This document shows, in pieces, positions 53,344 through 64,000 of a stretch of 64,000 bases of DNA. The notes below the pieces were generated by a model. That model had not been told where the DNA came from. It ran no database searches and saw only the letters and a list, made by a program, of their open reading frames with translations. The position numbers were made by a program, and so were the translations under genes. Positions within the stretch are counted from its first letter, which is position 1. The number at the start of each line of letters is the position of its first letter. The stretch is from the NCBI GenBank assembly GCA_963808625.1, contig CAWEHK010000033.1, positions 140,745 through 204,744 on the forward strand, written 5' to 3'. This stretch comes from an uncultured delta proteobacterium. GTDB taxonomy: Bacteria; Desulfobacterota; Syntrophobacteria; Syntrophobacterales; Syntrophobacteraceae.

Positions 53344-56022
53344 TTAGAAAAACGCTCCTGCAGAAAACTGCCACTGATACCTGCTCTCACCCGGCTGAGG
53401 ATCGAGGTTGTAGCCCCACTCAACCCGCAGCGGTCCCAGAGGGGAATTCCAACGGATACCGAGGCCGGCATCGGTGCGTAAAAGCGGCTGTCCTGGAGGC
53501 ACTAATGGGTCCTGCCAGTCTAGAAATGCGTTCCCAACATCAAAGAAAACCACTCCACGCATACCGATGCTCTCGACCAGGGGGAAGAGCAGTTCAGCGG
53601 TCGCCAACCCATACCATGTACCACCTATGATATACGCTCCGTCGTACGGTCCGACGGTCGCCCATTTGAAACCCCGCAGAGAATTGATGCCACCAAGAAA
53701 GTACCGATCATACAGCGGGATCGACGTATTATCGTCCTCTCCGAGAATATTGATGTAGCCAAACTCTCCGCGCACATACCCGACGAGCTTCCAGAACAGT
53801 GGGAAAAAGATACCGTGATGGATTTCAGCTTTAAGAAAGTCGCTCTCGCCTCCCAGGTAGGGGCTGGCCCACTGGACCGAGGCCACCGAGACCGAGCCGC
53901 GGGTCGGGAGAAAAGGATGATCCGTGCTGTCCCGATCCAGAGCGGTAGTAATACTGGTCGTGATCAAGCGCCCCTGCTGTTGCTGGATGATCGGCGGCGC
54001 ATCGAATGGTACGCTGGTGGCCGTGGCATCGCTGAAGGTGTAAAATACACCAAGGCGACTATAATTCCCAAAGCGATAACCGGAACGCAACCTGAACCCG
54101 CTGCTGTCCTGGGTAAAGTCCGGGTATTCCCGAAGCCAGTTATAGAGATCGATGCCGCCGGAAATCGGCCGGTCGAACAGATACGGCTCCGTAAAGCTCA
54201 ACACATAGCGCTGGGCCTTCTGTCCCAGATATCCTTTCAAGCCAAGGTATTGGCCCAGTCCGAAGAGGTTGCGCTGCGTTATCTCCCCACTGGTGAAGAC
54301 GCCGTCATCAGAGGAGTAGCCGCCGCCTGCACTGATCGTTCCGGTCAGCTTCTCCTTGACCTTTACGTTGAGATTCATGATGTTGCTTTGTTCCGTATCG
54401 GTCGGGACGATTTCAACATCCTCAAAAAAATCCAGCTTCCTCAGGTTGTTAATGCTTCGTTCGAGCTTGGTTGAACTGAAAAGGTCCCCTTCCGCCAGCT
54501 TCAATTCCCGACGGATAACCTTATCCCGCGTCTTGGTATTGCCCGTGACGGTCACCCTGCCAATGTAGACGAGCTCTTTCTTTTTCACGTCAAAATCAAT
54601 GCTCGCGGTCTGATCGTCTCTCTCGTGCTTTACAATCGGGTCGACCGTGGTATAGGCATAACCCTGATCCATATAGATCTTGCTGATTTTATCCATATCT
54701 GCGCGCAGTTTTTCGCGCCCAAAGTAGTCTTTCGGTTGTGATTTGAGCTGCTTGACGAGACGATCATTGTTCTCGAGGAGGTCGCCGGTGATTTCCAGGC
54801 TGGACACCCGGTAACGATCCCCTTCTTCCACCGGAATTTGGATGTAGAACCCATCATCCTTCATGGTGACTTCCGGGGTGCCGACCTTGGCATCCATAAA
54901 CCCTTTATCGTGATAAAAGATGCTCAACCGGTCAAGGTCCGTTTCCAGGAGGTCCTTTTGCAGGATGCCCCGGTCGGTAAACCAGGAAAGAACGAACATT
55001 TTCTCCTTGGTTTCCATAATGCTCCGGAGTTTCCGCGCGGAATAACTCTTGTTCCCGGTGAAGCTGATCTTTTGGATAAAAACTTTACTGTTCTCGTTTA
55101 TGCCAAAAGTCACCACGGCTTTCCGAGGGTCCTTGGGAAAGTCGATGGACGACTTCACGTCGGCATTGAAGTAACCCTTTTGATGATAGAGCTTGATAAT
55201 CTTCTGAACGTCTTCAGCAAGTACGTTTCTCTGGACGACCGTGAAGGGTCTTGTGGAGATGGCAGCGAGGATATCTTTTTCCTTGATCTTCTGATTGCCC
55301 GTGATGTGCACTTCCTGAATGGTTGGATTTTCCACGACGACAAAGGTAAGCACTTTGCCCGCCGGGCTATCGGAAACCTCAGCGTCCACTTTTTCGAAGA
55401 ATCCCATTTTGTAGACGGACTTGATGTCCTCTGCCACCTGCTCCGGCTTGAGGACGTCGCCCTTCTTGCTCTTGATATTTAATTTGATGGCATCCGGTTC
55501 AATCCGCTCATTCCCGCGAACCTGAATATCAGCAATCACGGCTTTTGCCAGGAGGTGGACCGCCGTGCGCTGGACGACAGCGTTCGTGGCAGTGGCCAGA
55601 TTTTCCATTCCCTTTTGTTCCGCGAAGATGAGCTCGGTCTTCTTCTGTCCCGAAACATTCACCAGTTTCGCATCGAGGCTGATGCTGTTGCCGATCTGAC
55701 TAAAGCTTCCTATCAGCACGTAGTCCGCCTGCAGTCTGCGTCCGAGCAGCTGGGCCTGTTCCTCGCTTTGTACGGTCTCCCCGGGCTTGACCACCTTCTC
55801 CGTTTCCTGGGGACTGACGACCCTGGCTCCTTCGGTGGTCAGCTGGCGGACCAGAAGCTCTTCAATAGTCTTCTGAATTTTCGCCGGTTCCTGCTGGGCG
55901 CGCACGGTGAATGGCATGATCGCAACTCTGGGATTTTGCTCCTGCGCCCATGTCGCCGATCCGAGGATGACAAGAAACAGAGGGATCCATAAGCTCCGGA
56001 TGATCCTCTTACTGTTCAACAT
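53344..56022 (-). CDS. bamA: Outer membrane protein assembly factor
   Basis: POTRA repeats, TRDKVIRRE, LRGF, WNSPLGPL, terminal F. Confidence 0.95.
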   Translation of the reverse strand: MLNSKRIIRSLWIPLFLVILGSATWAQEQNPRVAIMPFTVRAQQEPAKIQKTIEELLVRQLTTEGARVVSPQETEKVVKPGETVQSEEQAQLLGRRLQADYVLIGSFSQIGNSISLDAKLVNVSGQKKTELIFAEQKGMENLATATNAVVQRTAVHLLAKAVIADIQVRGNERIEPDAIKLNIKSKKGDVLKPEQVAEDIKSVYKMGFFEKVDAEVSDSPAGKVLTFVVVENPTIQEVHITGNQKIKEKDILAAISTRPFTVVQRNVLAEDVQKIIKLYHQKGYFNADVKSSIDFPKDPRKAVVTFGINENSKVFIQKISFTGNKSYSARKLRSIMETKEKMFVLSWFTDRGILQKDLLETDLDRLSIFYHDKGFMDAKVGTPEVTMKDDGFYIQIPVEEGDRYRVSSLEITGDLLENNDRLVKQLKSQPKDYFGREKLRADMDKISKIYMDQGYAYTTVDPIVKHERDDQTASIDFDVKKKELVYIGRVTVTGNTKTRDKVIRRELKLAEGDLFSSTKLERSINNLRKLDFFEDVEIVPTDTEQSNIMNLNVKVKEKLTGTISAGGGYSSDDGVFTSGEITQRNLFGLGQYLGLKGYLGQKAQRYVLSFTEPYLFDRPISGGIDLYNWLREYPDFTQDSSGFRLRSGYRFGNYSRLGVFYTFSDATATSVPFDAPPIIQQQQGRLITTSITTALDRDSTDHPFLPTRGSVSVASVQWASPYLGGESDFLKAEIHHGIFFPLFWKLVGYVRGEFGYINILGEDDNTSIPLYDRYFLGGINSLRGFKWATVGPYDGAYIIGGTWYGLATAELLFPLVESIGMRGVVFFDVGNAFLDWQDPLVPPGQPLLRTDAGLGIRWNSPLGPLRVEWGYNLDPQPGESRYQWQFSAGAFF

Positions 56023-56078
56023 AGTCCGGCCCTCCACCTCTTAGGATTCAACAGCCCCTTCGATCCAGCTCGGTCCCA

Positions 56079-56232
56079 AGTATAGGACCGCACAATAGAG
56101 TCCATTACCTCCGATCGTCATTTCCGCATGCTTCGAGCGGGAATCCAGAAGGCTTGCCCAGCCTCGACTCCCGCCAGAAACACGCGGGAATGACGTCCCG
56201 AATTCGGACACTTATCTATGCGGAGCTATACT
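56079..56232. mobile_element. MITE-like element, copy 2 (inverted relative to copy 1)
   Basis: gaattcggacacttatctatgcggagctatact matches the reverse complement of about 38817-38852. Confidence 0.7.
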
Positions 56233-56305
56233 GATCGGAGCAAACTCAGGCCCCTTCGCCTCACCCTCTATAGCCCACCCAGCGTCTCATCACAACCGAT
56301 TCCTC

Positions 56306-57007
56306 CTAACCCGTCGCTTCCTGGCGCAGTTGGCCGTCCACCAACCGCAGCGTGCGATGCATCATGGCTGCGAGTTCAGGATTGTGGGTGACAATCACCA
56401 TCGTCAGACCCAGTTCGCTGTTCAGAGTCACCAGCAGTTCATGGAGTCTCCGCCCGGTCCGGCTGTCCAGGTTTCCGCTTGGTTCGTCAGCCAGAAAAAT
56501 CTTCGGCTGCAGGAGCAAAGCGCGCGCTACGGCCACCCGCTGCTGCTCGCCGCCCGAGAGCTCACCCACGCGATGCTGAAGCCGGTCCGTCAGGCTCAAT
56601 CTTTCCAGTAACGAAAGGGCCTGAGCGCGGACCTCCCGCTGCGGAAGGCCGGCGATGATACCCGGCATCATCACATTTTCCATGGCGTTGAACTCCGGCA
56701 GGAGATAATGGAATTGAAACACAAAACCAATATGACGATTCCGGAACTGGGAAAGTTCCCTTTCCTCCCACAGAAAAATGTCCTGCCCACCGTAAAGGAC
56801 TTTCCCGCTTGTGGGTTTCTCGATTGTTCCAAGGATGTGAAGCAGCGTCGATTTGCCCACTCCCGAGGCCCCCACGATGGCCACCCCCTCGCCGCGGCGA
56901 ATGACCAGATCCAGGTCCCGGAAGAGTTCGATGGTATGGGTGCCCTCCCCGAAAACCTTGCTAAGGGACAAGGCCTGGACCTCTACTGGTTGCTGGTCAC
57001 TATTCAT
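56306..57007 (-). CDS. lolD: Lipoprotein-releasing ABC transporter ATPase
   Basis: GASGVGKS, LSGGEQQR, ADEPSGNLD. Confidence 0.92.
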   Translation of the reverse strand: MNSDQQPVEVQALSLSKVFGEGTHTIELFRDLDLVIRRGEGVAIVGASGVGKSTLLHILGTIEKPTSGKVLYGGQDIFLWEERELSQFRNRHIGFVFQFHYLLPEFNAMENVMMPGIIAGLPQREVRAQALSLLERLSLTDRLQHRVGELSGGEQQRVAVARALLLQPKIFLADEPSGNLDSRTGRRLHELLVTLNSELGLTMVIVTHNPELAAMMHRTLRLVDGQLRQEATG

Positions 57008-58244
57008 AGCGCAGTGCTTCCGCCGGATCCAGCTTTGCAGCTTGACGAGAGGGATAGAGCGTCGCCACGAGGCTGATGAGGATGGCTGCCAGAGCGATCA
57101 AGCCGACGTCCAGCGCTTCCATCTTAACAGGCAGAGTCGAGATATAGTAAACATCTCGAGGGAGCTCGATGAATTGATACTTCTTCAGCAAACTGCAGAG
57201 AACAAATCCTCCCAAAAGACCCAAAAGGGTCCCTGATGTCCCGATCAAAAAACCTTCCATGACGAATATTTTGCGGATGCTTGCCGTGGTTGCCCCCATG
57301 GCCTTGAGGATGGCAATATCGCGCGTTTTCTCCATGACCAGCATGATCAGGGAACTGACGATGTTGAAGGCCGCGACCAGTATGATCAAGGTCAGGATTA
57401 TGAACATGACAACCTTTTCCAGTTTGAGCGCGGAGAAGAGATTGCGATTCATTTGCATCCAGTCGCGCACCCAGAAAGGAAGGCCGAGGCGGGACCGAAG
57501 GGACTCCGCGACTTGGCGAGCCTGGTAAATATCATCGAGCCTGACCTCAACGCCGGATACCGTATCCCCGATACCCAGGAATTGTTGTGCCGCCGAAAGG
57601 CTGATATAGGCGAGAGTATTGTCATACTCGTACATTCCCGATTGGATGATGCCGACCACCTGGAACAGTTTGCTCTTGGGGACCTGTCCCATGGGAGTGA
57701 GACGCCCTGAGGGCGAGATGATCGTGACCCACTCGCCCTGCCGAATCCCGAGATTATTGCAGAGCTCCACCCCGAGGATAATTCCCTGTTGCCCGGAAGG
57801 ACCCGAAGCCGTAGGTGGCTCGGAGCGTAAATCTCCAAGATTTCCCCGGATCATATTTTCCTGAATATTGATGACCTTCGCCGCGGTCTGCGGGTCGATT
57901 CCGCGCAGGATCGCCCCCGAGACGTTTTTGCCGGAACTGATCATGACCTGGGCGTAGGCAAAGGGAGTCGCGGCCACCACCCCGGGTTCTTTTTCAACTT
58001 CTTTCATGAGAGCCTGGTAATCCGAGAAAGTGCCATTGAAGCTGCCCACTACCACATGCGAGGTGATGCCGAGGATGCGCGTGCGCAGGTCGTCCTGGAA
58101 GCCATTCATCACGGCCAGGACGACAATGAGCGCGGTCACGCCAACGGCGACACCGGCGATGGAAATGAAAGTTATAAGGGAAATAAAGGTTTGACGCCGC
58201 TTTGCCAACAGGTAGCGAAGACTGACGAAGAGTTCAAAATTCAT
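57000..58244 (-). CDS. Lipoprotein-releasing ABC transporter permease (LolC/E family)
   Basis: LAVMNGF, EKTRDIAILKAMG, DPAEALRYE. Confidence 0.92.
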   Translation of the reverse strand: MNFELFVSLRYLLAKRRQTFISLITFISIAGVAVGVTALIVVLAVMNGFQDDLRTRILGITSHVVVGSFNGTFSDYQALMKEVEKEPGVVAATPFAYAQVMISSGKNVSGAILRGIDPQTAAKVINIQENMIRGNLGDLRSEPPTASGPSGQQGIILGVELCNNLGIRQGEWVTIISPSGRLTPMGQVPKSKLFQVVGIIQSGMYEYDNTLAYISLSAAQQFLGIGDTVSGVEVRLDDIYQARQVAESLRSRLGLPFWVRDWMQMNRNLFSALKLEKVVMFIILTLIILVAAFNIVSSLIMLVMEKTRDIAILKAMGATTASIRKIFVMEGFLIGTSGTLLGLLGGFVLCSLLKKYQFIELPRDVYYISTLPVKMEALDVGLIALAAILISLVATLYPSRQAAKLDPAEALRYE

Positions 58245-58251
58245 ACTGTTC

Positions 58252-59742
58252 TTACGTCTTTTTTTCCGGTTTAAGGTGCGGAAAAAGGATCACATCCCGG
58301 ATGGACGGGGAATCGGTAAAAAGCATCACCACCCGGTCAATCCCAATGCCTTCGCCGGCGGCGGGAGGCATTCCATATTCCAGGGCTCGCAGGTAGTCAT
58401 CATCCATGAGATGAGCTTCCTCATCTCCCGCCTGGCGTGCCTGAAGCTGGTGGAGGAAGCGCTCGCGCTGATCGCGTGGATCATTGAGTTCCGAGAAAGC
58501 GTTGGCCATCTCTTTGCCGGCAAGAAACAGCTCAAAACGGTCAACAAGGGTCGGATCTGACTCGTTTTTGCGGGAAAGCGGCGAAACTTCCAGCGGGTAA
58601 TGACTGATAAAGGTTGGTTGGACAAGCTTGGGCTCGACGACCAGGTCGAAAATCTTGGTAAGCAGCTTGCCGTGGCCCTCCTGGCGGTTTGGTTCAAGCC
58701 CCATGGAAGCGGCCAGCGCCATCGTCTGGTCCGGGTCTTCGATGGCCGGGCGGGGGACCTTGCCGATTTCCGCCAGGGAATCGTGAAACCGGTATCGCGC
58801 CCAGGGCGGCGTGAGGTCAATCACCTGCCCCTGGTACGGAACGGCGAGGCTGCCGTCGTTCACGGCCATGGCCACGGCCGCGAACAGTTCTTCCGTGAGG
58901 TTCATGAGGTCATCGAACGTGGCATAGGCCTGGTAGAATTCGAGCATGGTAAATTCAGGATTATGCTGGGTCGAGATGCCTTCGTTCCGGAAGTTCCGAT
59001 TCAACTCGAAGACCCGTTCGAATCCTCCTACCAGCAGGCGCTTGAGATAGAGCTCCGGGGCAATCCGCAGAAACAGTTCCATTCCGAGAGCATTATGGAA
59101 GGTCTTGAAGGGTTTGGCCGTAGCACCGCCGGGGATCGGTTGCATCATGGGCGTTTCTACCTCGAGAAATCCCCGATCCATGAGGAACCGACGGACGGTT
59201 TGGATAATCTCGGCGCGTTTCCGGAAAGTTTCTCGAACGACATCATTCACAATGAGATCAACATAACGCTGCCGGTAGCGGAGTTCGACGTCTTTGAGGC
59301 CATGGTATTTTTCGGGGAGGGGGCGGAAATTCTTGCTGAGCAGAACCACCTCTTTGGCGAGCAGCGTGAGCTCGTTGGTACGGGTACGAAAGAGCGGTCC
59401 CTGGACGCGGATGATGTCTCCGATATCGAGTTTTTTGGATAGGCGGTAGCTCTCCTTGTCCAACTGGTTCTGCTGGATATAACACTGGAGCTTCTGGCCG
59501 GAATCCAGGAGATGCATGAAAATGGACTTGCCGAAAGAGCGAATCGCCACGATTCGTCCCGCAACATTGTAGGTATCGGGCTGCGCCTCGAGCGCTTCGG
59601 CCGGGCTCGAACCAAAGGTCGCCACAAGGTCCTTGATGCGATGGGAGACAGGGTAGCGATTCGGAAAAAGCGCCACTCCTTCCTGTTCCAGCTCCGACGC
59701 CTTTTTATACCGTTCCCGCATCACCAGGTTAAGATCTTCCAT
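58252..59742 (-). CDS. lysS: Lysine--tRNA ligase, class II
   Basis: YRQRYVDL, RNFRNEG, YGMPP, GIDR. Confidence 0.97.
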   Translation of the reverse strand: MEDLNLVMRERYKKASELEQEGVALFPNRYPVSHRIKDLVATFGSSPAEALEAQPDTYNVAGRIVAIRSFGKSIFMHLLDSGQKLQCYIQQNQLDKESYRLSKKLDIGDIIRVQGPLFRTRTNELTLLAKEVVLLSKNFRPLPEKYHGLKDVELRYRQRYVDLIVNDVVRETFRKRAEIIQTVRRFLMDRGFLEVETPMMQPIPGGATAKPFKTFHNALGMELFLRIAPELYLKRLLVGGFERVFELNRNFRNEGISTQHNPEFTMLEFYQAYATFDDLMNLTEELFAAVAMAVNDGSLAVPYQGQVIDLTPPWARYRFHDSLAEIGKVPRPAIEDPDQTMALAASMGLEPNRQEGHGKLLTKIFDLVVEPKLVQPTFISHYPLEVSPLSRKNESDPTLVDRFELFLAGKEMANAFSELNDPRDQRERFLHQLQARQAGDEEAHLMDDDYLRALEYGMPPAAGEGIGIDRVVMLFTDSPSIRDVILFPHLKPEKKT

Positions 59743-59866
59743 ACCAGACGCTCTTCTCCGTATGCAGTTCCAGCTTCAGATAATCGACTCCGCTCAAGCA
59801 GGCAAAATTAGATGATTTACTCAGGGACGTCAAGGGCAATCACCCTGAACCGAGAATTCCCCTCAC

Positions 59867-60034
59867 TCACTTCTCTTTCTGCCTGGATCTCATCATATTG
59901 GAGATGGTGAAGGCGACGATCAGGAGTCCCAGGATCAGCAGGATGCCTTTTCCTTCCCTGAATAGTTCAATGAGCCCAAACACCACCACCGCACATCCCC
60001 CGAGCAAGCTCAGCCACTGTGTACTTCGTCTCAT
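59867..60034 (-). CDS. Small two-TM membrane protein
   Basis: GAGG RBS; two hydrophobic segments and basic tail. Confidence 0.5.
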   Translation of the reverse strand: MRRSTQWLSLLGGCAVVVFGLIELFREGKGILLILGLLIVAFTISNMMRSRQKEK

Positions 60035-60243
60035 CACCGATACCCCTCCTCTGCTTAAAAATTTGCCGCGAACTTCCCCACGACCCCTTGATTCTTTACG
60101 ATTTGTCTCAGCAAAAGACAAAATAAAAATGCTCCCGAAGGAATTGCTGAGAGGCGGGTGGTGAGGAGAAGGCAGTTGACAATACCTGGGGAAAACGACT
60201 ATTAGATTCAGCACCGACCATTATGCATGCACCATTCCATTGC

Positions 60244-60320
<77 letters not shown>

Positions 60321-60604
60321 GACAATCAACAAGTCAGAGGGATGCTCTTTCTTCTTGCTCATTCTCAATGGCGAGTTTATCCCCATTTTGTCCCCACTGT
60401 TGAGAAAACACCCCTTGGGAAAAACAGAAAAGGCCTGGATCGCTCCGAGTTGCTGCGGTGAAATCGATCCGATGATTGGCGGCCCAAAGGTCCGGTTGTT
60501 TTTGGCGTCCAGGGACCATGGTGGAGTGTTATTGACCCAGAACCCCTGGAAGGATTATTTTTTATGCATGGAGATATGGTTGGAAACGACAGGGGGAACC
60601 CGCT

Positions 60605-60919
60605 ATGCTCACAAAAATGCAAATTACCGTTAAGTTGCCAATCAGAATAACGAGAAAGGGCAACGTATACATTGCTGTCTGCCCGGCGCTTGACGTGATC
60701 ACACAAGGGGAAACCGAGAGCCAGGCGAGAAAAAACATTGGTGAGGCCCTTTATCTTTTCCTGAGATCCTGCATTGAACGTGGCACGCTGGATGCCATCT
60801 TAAAGCAGTGTGGCTTCTCTCCGACCTCAGATCCTATTCCTGAAACAGATGAAGAGCAGATCGACATTCCCTTATATCTCCTTGCTCAGTTTGTGGAATC
60901 CAGGCATTGCCACGCCTAA
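60605..60919 (+). CDS. hicB: HicB-family antitoxin
   Basis: YIAVCPALDVITQGETESQARKNIGEAL. Confidence 0.8.
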   Translation: MLTKMQITVKLPIRITRKGNVYIAVCPALDVITQGETESQARKNIGEALYLFLRSCIERGTLDAILKQCGFSPTSDPIPETDEEQIDIPLYLLAQFVESRHCHA

Positions 60920-61140
60920 CCCCAGTTCACCGGAAGACTCTGGAATGCGTGTTTCTGAAGGATGGCCTTGTTTTTGAAAGACAGGAAGGAAGTCATCGTT
61001 CATACGTCAAGGCAGGGTGCTTGCGTCCCATAATAATTCCCACCTGCAAATAAATTGATCCCGATATCATTCTTTCCAACATGAGAAGCGCCGGCATGAG
61101 CCGTGATCACTACTTCCGCTATTTGGCAGAGTGCAGGTAG
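60907..61140 (+). pseudogene. hicA: HicA-family toxin with an in-frame TAA at 61051
   Basis: TTG start, FERQEGSHRSYVKAG..PIIIP; not in the ORF track. Confidence 0.75.
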
Positions 61141-61214
61141 CTGTGCATCGCAGCCTTGAAATACACCCCATTCTGGCCTGTTTTTCATATCGTTGGTTAC
61201 CCTGACTGGCAGAC

Positions 61215-61300
61215 TCCGGTTCGCTCATCGGTCCCAACGATCTGCTGATTGCTTCGATCTCGCCTGCCAACAAGTCGCTCCTGATTACCCACAATACCGG
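61215..61300 (+). pseudogene. VapC PIN toxin remnant
   Basis: IGPNDLLIAS..LITHNT. Confidence 0.6.
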
Positions 61301-61356
61301 CGGTGCCGACCATATAACCGCCCTTGCCTTTGACCAAAGCCATATCTAGAATGTAC

Positions 61357-61790
61357 TCATCCGGGCATGGTCGCACCTCCATCTTCCAGACCTCTCAGCT
61401 GTAAGGAGTCAAAGTCGACGGCTGGAAAAAGAGGATTCGAGAACCGCGCGGTTCTTATTTGATCATCAACCGAAAAGCCAACCAGGAACAGGTCCCCGCC
61501 AACCATGTCCAGGCGTGAAGCATGAATGATTGCATTCATTTCACCATGCACGGAACGACACAGTTCATAACGCTCTCCAGGTGGCACATCGTTTTCTTGA
61601 CGAAGGCAGCGCGGCCAATATCAATACAGTTCCTCATCTTCCTGGGAGCTCCGGCGTACCCGGTGCTGATGATTTGATCGTTGCTCACAATAACGGCGCC
61701 GAATAACCTCCGTAGATAAGTGGCCCTCCTGGCTACTGCTTCCGCAATTCCCAAATAATATTCGACCTTGCTTGGCCTCTCGTACGTCAC
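61357..61790 (-). pseudogene. dCMP deaminase family, disrupted
   Basis: YYLGIAEAVARRAT, ISTGYAGAPR, CRSVHGEMNAII; PCxxC region broken. Confidence 0.75.
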
Positions 61791-62099
61791 TCCAGGACTC
61801 CTTCCTGTTTCGGATTGGAAACAATGGGTACCTTACTCACCGTCAGAACAAACCCTTCCACCCTTTCAACAGTTGCTTTATCCCCAAAGAGCAGGGGAGA
61901 ATGACTCTCTGAATGCCGGGTTTCCCCATTTCCAGGCTTTTGAGCCGTGGCGCAGAAACGGTTGACAATCATCGAACTATTTGCACGTTCCCGTTGGCTC
62001 CCAAGGGCTGAGACGATTCTCACGTGATTCTCCCGGTCATCTGAAATGGTCATCGAATTGAACCGAGAAAAGATTAACGGTGAAGAGCCGGTTGGTCGA

Positions 62100-63300
62100 A
62101 GGCGGCGGGAATTGCTGCGATGAAACCAGCACCCGCTCCATGGCAACGGCAGGACCAGGCCCTCTTCCCCTACTTTTTCAATGCAATCAATTCTGGGTAA
62201 TCAACAATCGGGCATCCTTGTGTGTGAAGAATCCGAGCCGGAATCGTTTCGGCCATTGCTTTCCTCCTGCCGGGATCAATCCTTTATCCGATTAGCGCTA
62301 TTCTTCAGCCAGACCGAGCCAAGACTCATTTATGTTAAGCAAAATCCCTCAATCTGTCATTCCCTTATGGTTTTGAGCGGGAATCCAGCTTTTAAAAGGT
62401 CAAACCCTGGATTCCTCGGTCTGGAGCCCTCCTTCAAATCTCTTTTGAAAAAGGGTTTTCATGGCTTCCTCTTTTCTTGCCCTTCCGCTGCTCTCACAGT
62501 CAAGTAGTATTTCCCCCTCACCTTCGAGCTTCTTCGCACTGACCTTCGATGATTCGATCTTCCTTAATGATCTCAAGGTCTCCTTCCGGCTTCTCGTCCG
62601 CAGGATCATCCTCACTGAAACATAATGCAGTCCTTCCTCGCGGATCAGTCCTAGGTTTTCCCCGGTCGCGACACCGGCGTCCATCACCACCGTCGCTGGT
62701 TTCCTGAGTAGGCAAAGTTGCTTTGGGGCCTTTACCCGCAAAGCATCAAGCATCTCTTTGAAGTGTCGACGGCTCACTCACATTGCCGTCTTACATCTTG
62801 CTCGCTTTGGCAAACCCGTTCTTCATCCAGAAAACCAGGCCCAAGGTGATCAGGGGACAGTCGGCTCGCTTCTCCTTCGATCTCTGCCCTTTGAAGCCTG
62901 CGAGCTCTCCCCATACGTTCTTCTGTCAGGTAAGTATCCCTCTGATCATTATAGGATGATCTTCTCCCATATTATAAAGCTCCTTCTGGTGCTTGCTCAG
63001 CTTCTCCTCGATGACGTCATGGTTTGAACATATCTGATCGGGTACCCTATACAGAGACATCATTCGATAGATTCTGAAAATTAGCTCCCAGCAGCTCTTC
63101 TAAGCCGCTTACGTGGTGTGCCCAAAGAGCAGTATCACGCTGCTTTTATCCACCAATATCCCGGAGGTGCTTGAACCAGGGCAGGATCTCTTTTGCGGAG
63201 AAGGTATTTGATTTCACCCCGGGTCAGGTGGAAATTTTCGCATACTCGAGGATTTTAAGGCACTGGTTGATGATGGATTAGCCATGAAGGGTTGGATTAC
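62100..63300 (-). mobile_element. Degraded IS1634-family-like transposase
   Basis: TVVMDAGVATGENL, CESSGRARKEEAM; many stops. Confidence 0.6.
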
Positions 63301-63719
63301 ATTCTTTCTTCATAGGGCTCTGATTTGATCTCTTCTGCAATCGGCATCCTTGTTGATTTTTCTCATGCTGTCAAGTCAACTATTTTCTTTCAATTATTAC
63401 TTTAGTTGAGGTCTTCGATATGTTTGATGATACTTGAGAATTCATTTGCTGATTTCCAACTGCGGAAGGGTGTGCGAAACTTTAGCTCCTCATCTTTTCT
63501 TAGTTTTGCTAAGGGTTCGCCCGGAATCAGTCCTTACCCGGTGGAAAGACACTTCGGATCTTCGGGCGCACGGGTCCCCCGGGACGAGGAGCAAGTCCGT
63601 CTCAAGCGGCAGACGATGCCCGGCAAGGGCATGAGGGGCGGTTCAAAACAAGAGAGGTGGAAAGGAAAAAGACTCCCTCTCCCATGGGAACATTGGAGAG
63701 GGGCTCATTTCCCTTGGCC

Positions 63720-63860
63720 TTCAGGGGACGACTCGATTCACCTCAAAAAGAGGCGTATCTTTTCTTCCTCCTTGAGGCGGTACATGCTTGTCAGGGGGCC
63801 GGAATACAGGTCGAAATGATTACAGGGGACCACGCCCTCACCGCATCGGCCATTGCTAAC
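63720..63860 (+). pseudogene. P-type ATPase fragment
   Basis: ACQGAGIQVEMITGDHALTASAIA. Confidence 0.55.
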
Positions 63861-64000
63861 CTTTTGCGGACTTTGCGCTTGTCCTTCGCATGAACCTCCA
63901 AAGTAGGCCCTTTGCCTGGTGCGAAGAGAAAGACCAGCGGAAAGATGCCCGTAAACCACCAATACCACGGCGGCACCCGATGCCACGTTGACGTAAAAGC

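Overview
64 kb of GC-rich bacterial chromosome, most consistent with a Desulfobacterota (Syntrophobacterales-like) organism; this is inferred from gene content and order. Many genes carry single-base frameshifts, which points to an error-prone long-read assembly, so pseudogene calls are cautious. Core loci: liv ABC transporter, hopanoid genes (hpnA, hpnH, hpnG-like), fabH, PBP1b with a TPR lipoprotein, rlmD, futalosine-pathway UbiA/UbiD homologues, tyrA-aroF, the lysS-lolCDE-bamA-skp-lpxD-fabZ-lpxA-lpxI-lpxB cluster, and tRNA-Arg(TCT) followed by island debris. An accessory region of about 17.7 kb (about 11650-29313) begins with a dif-like site and a tyrosine recombinase whose 3' end recurs twice more, each copy followed by different AT-rich cargo. 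It continues through one complete and two partial Tn3-family elements. The best leads are this recombinase-3'-end/cargo array and an unannotated Tyr-rich leader peptide with an attenuator upstream of aroF-tyrA.
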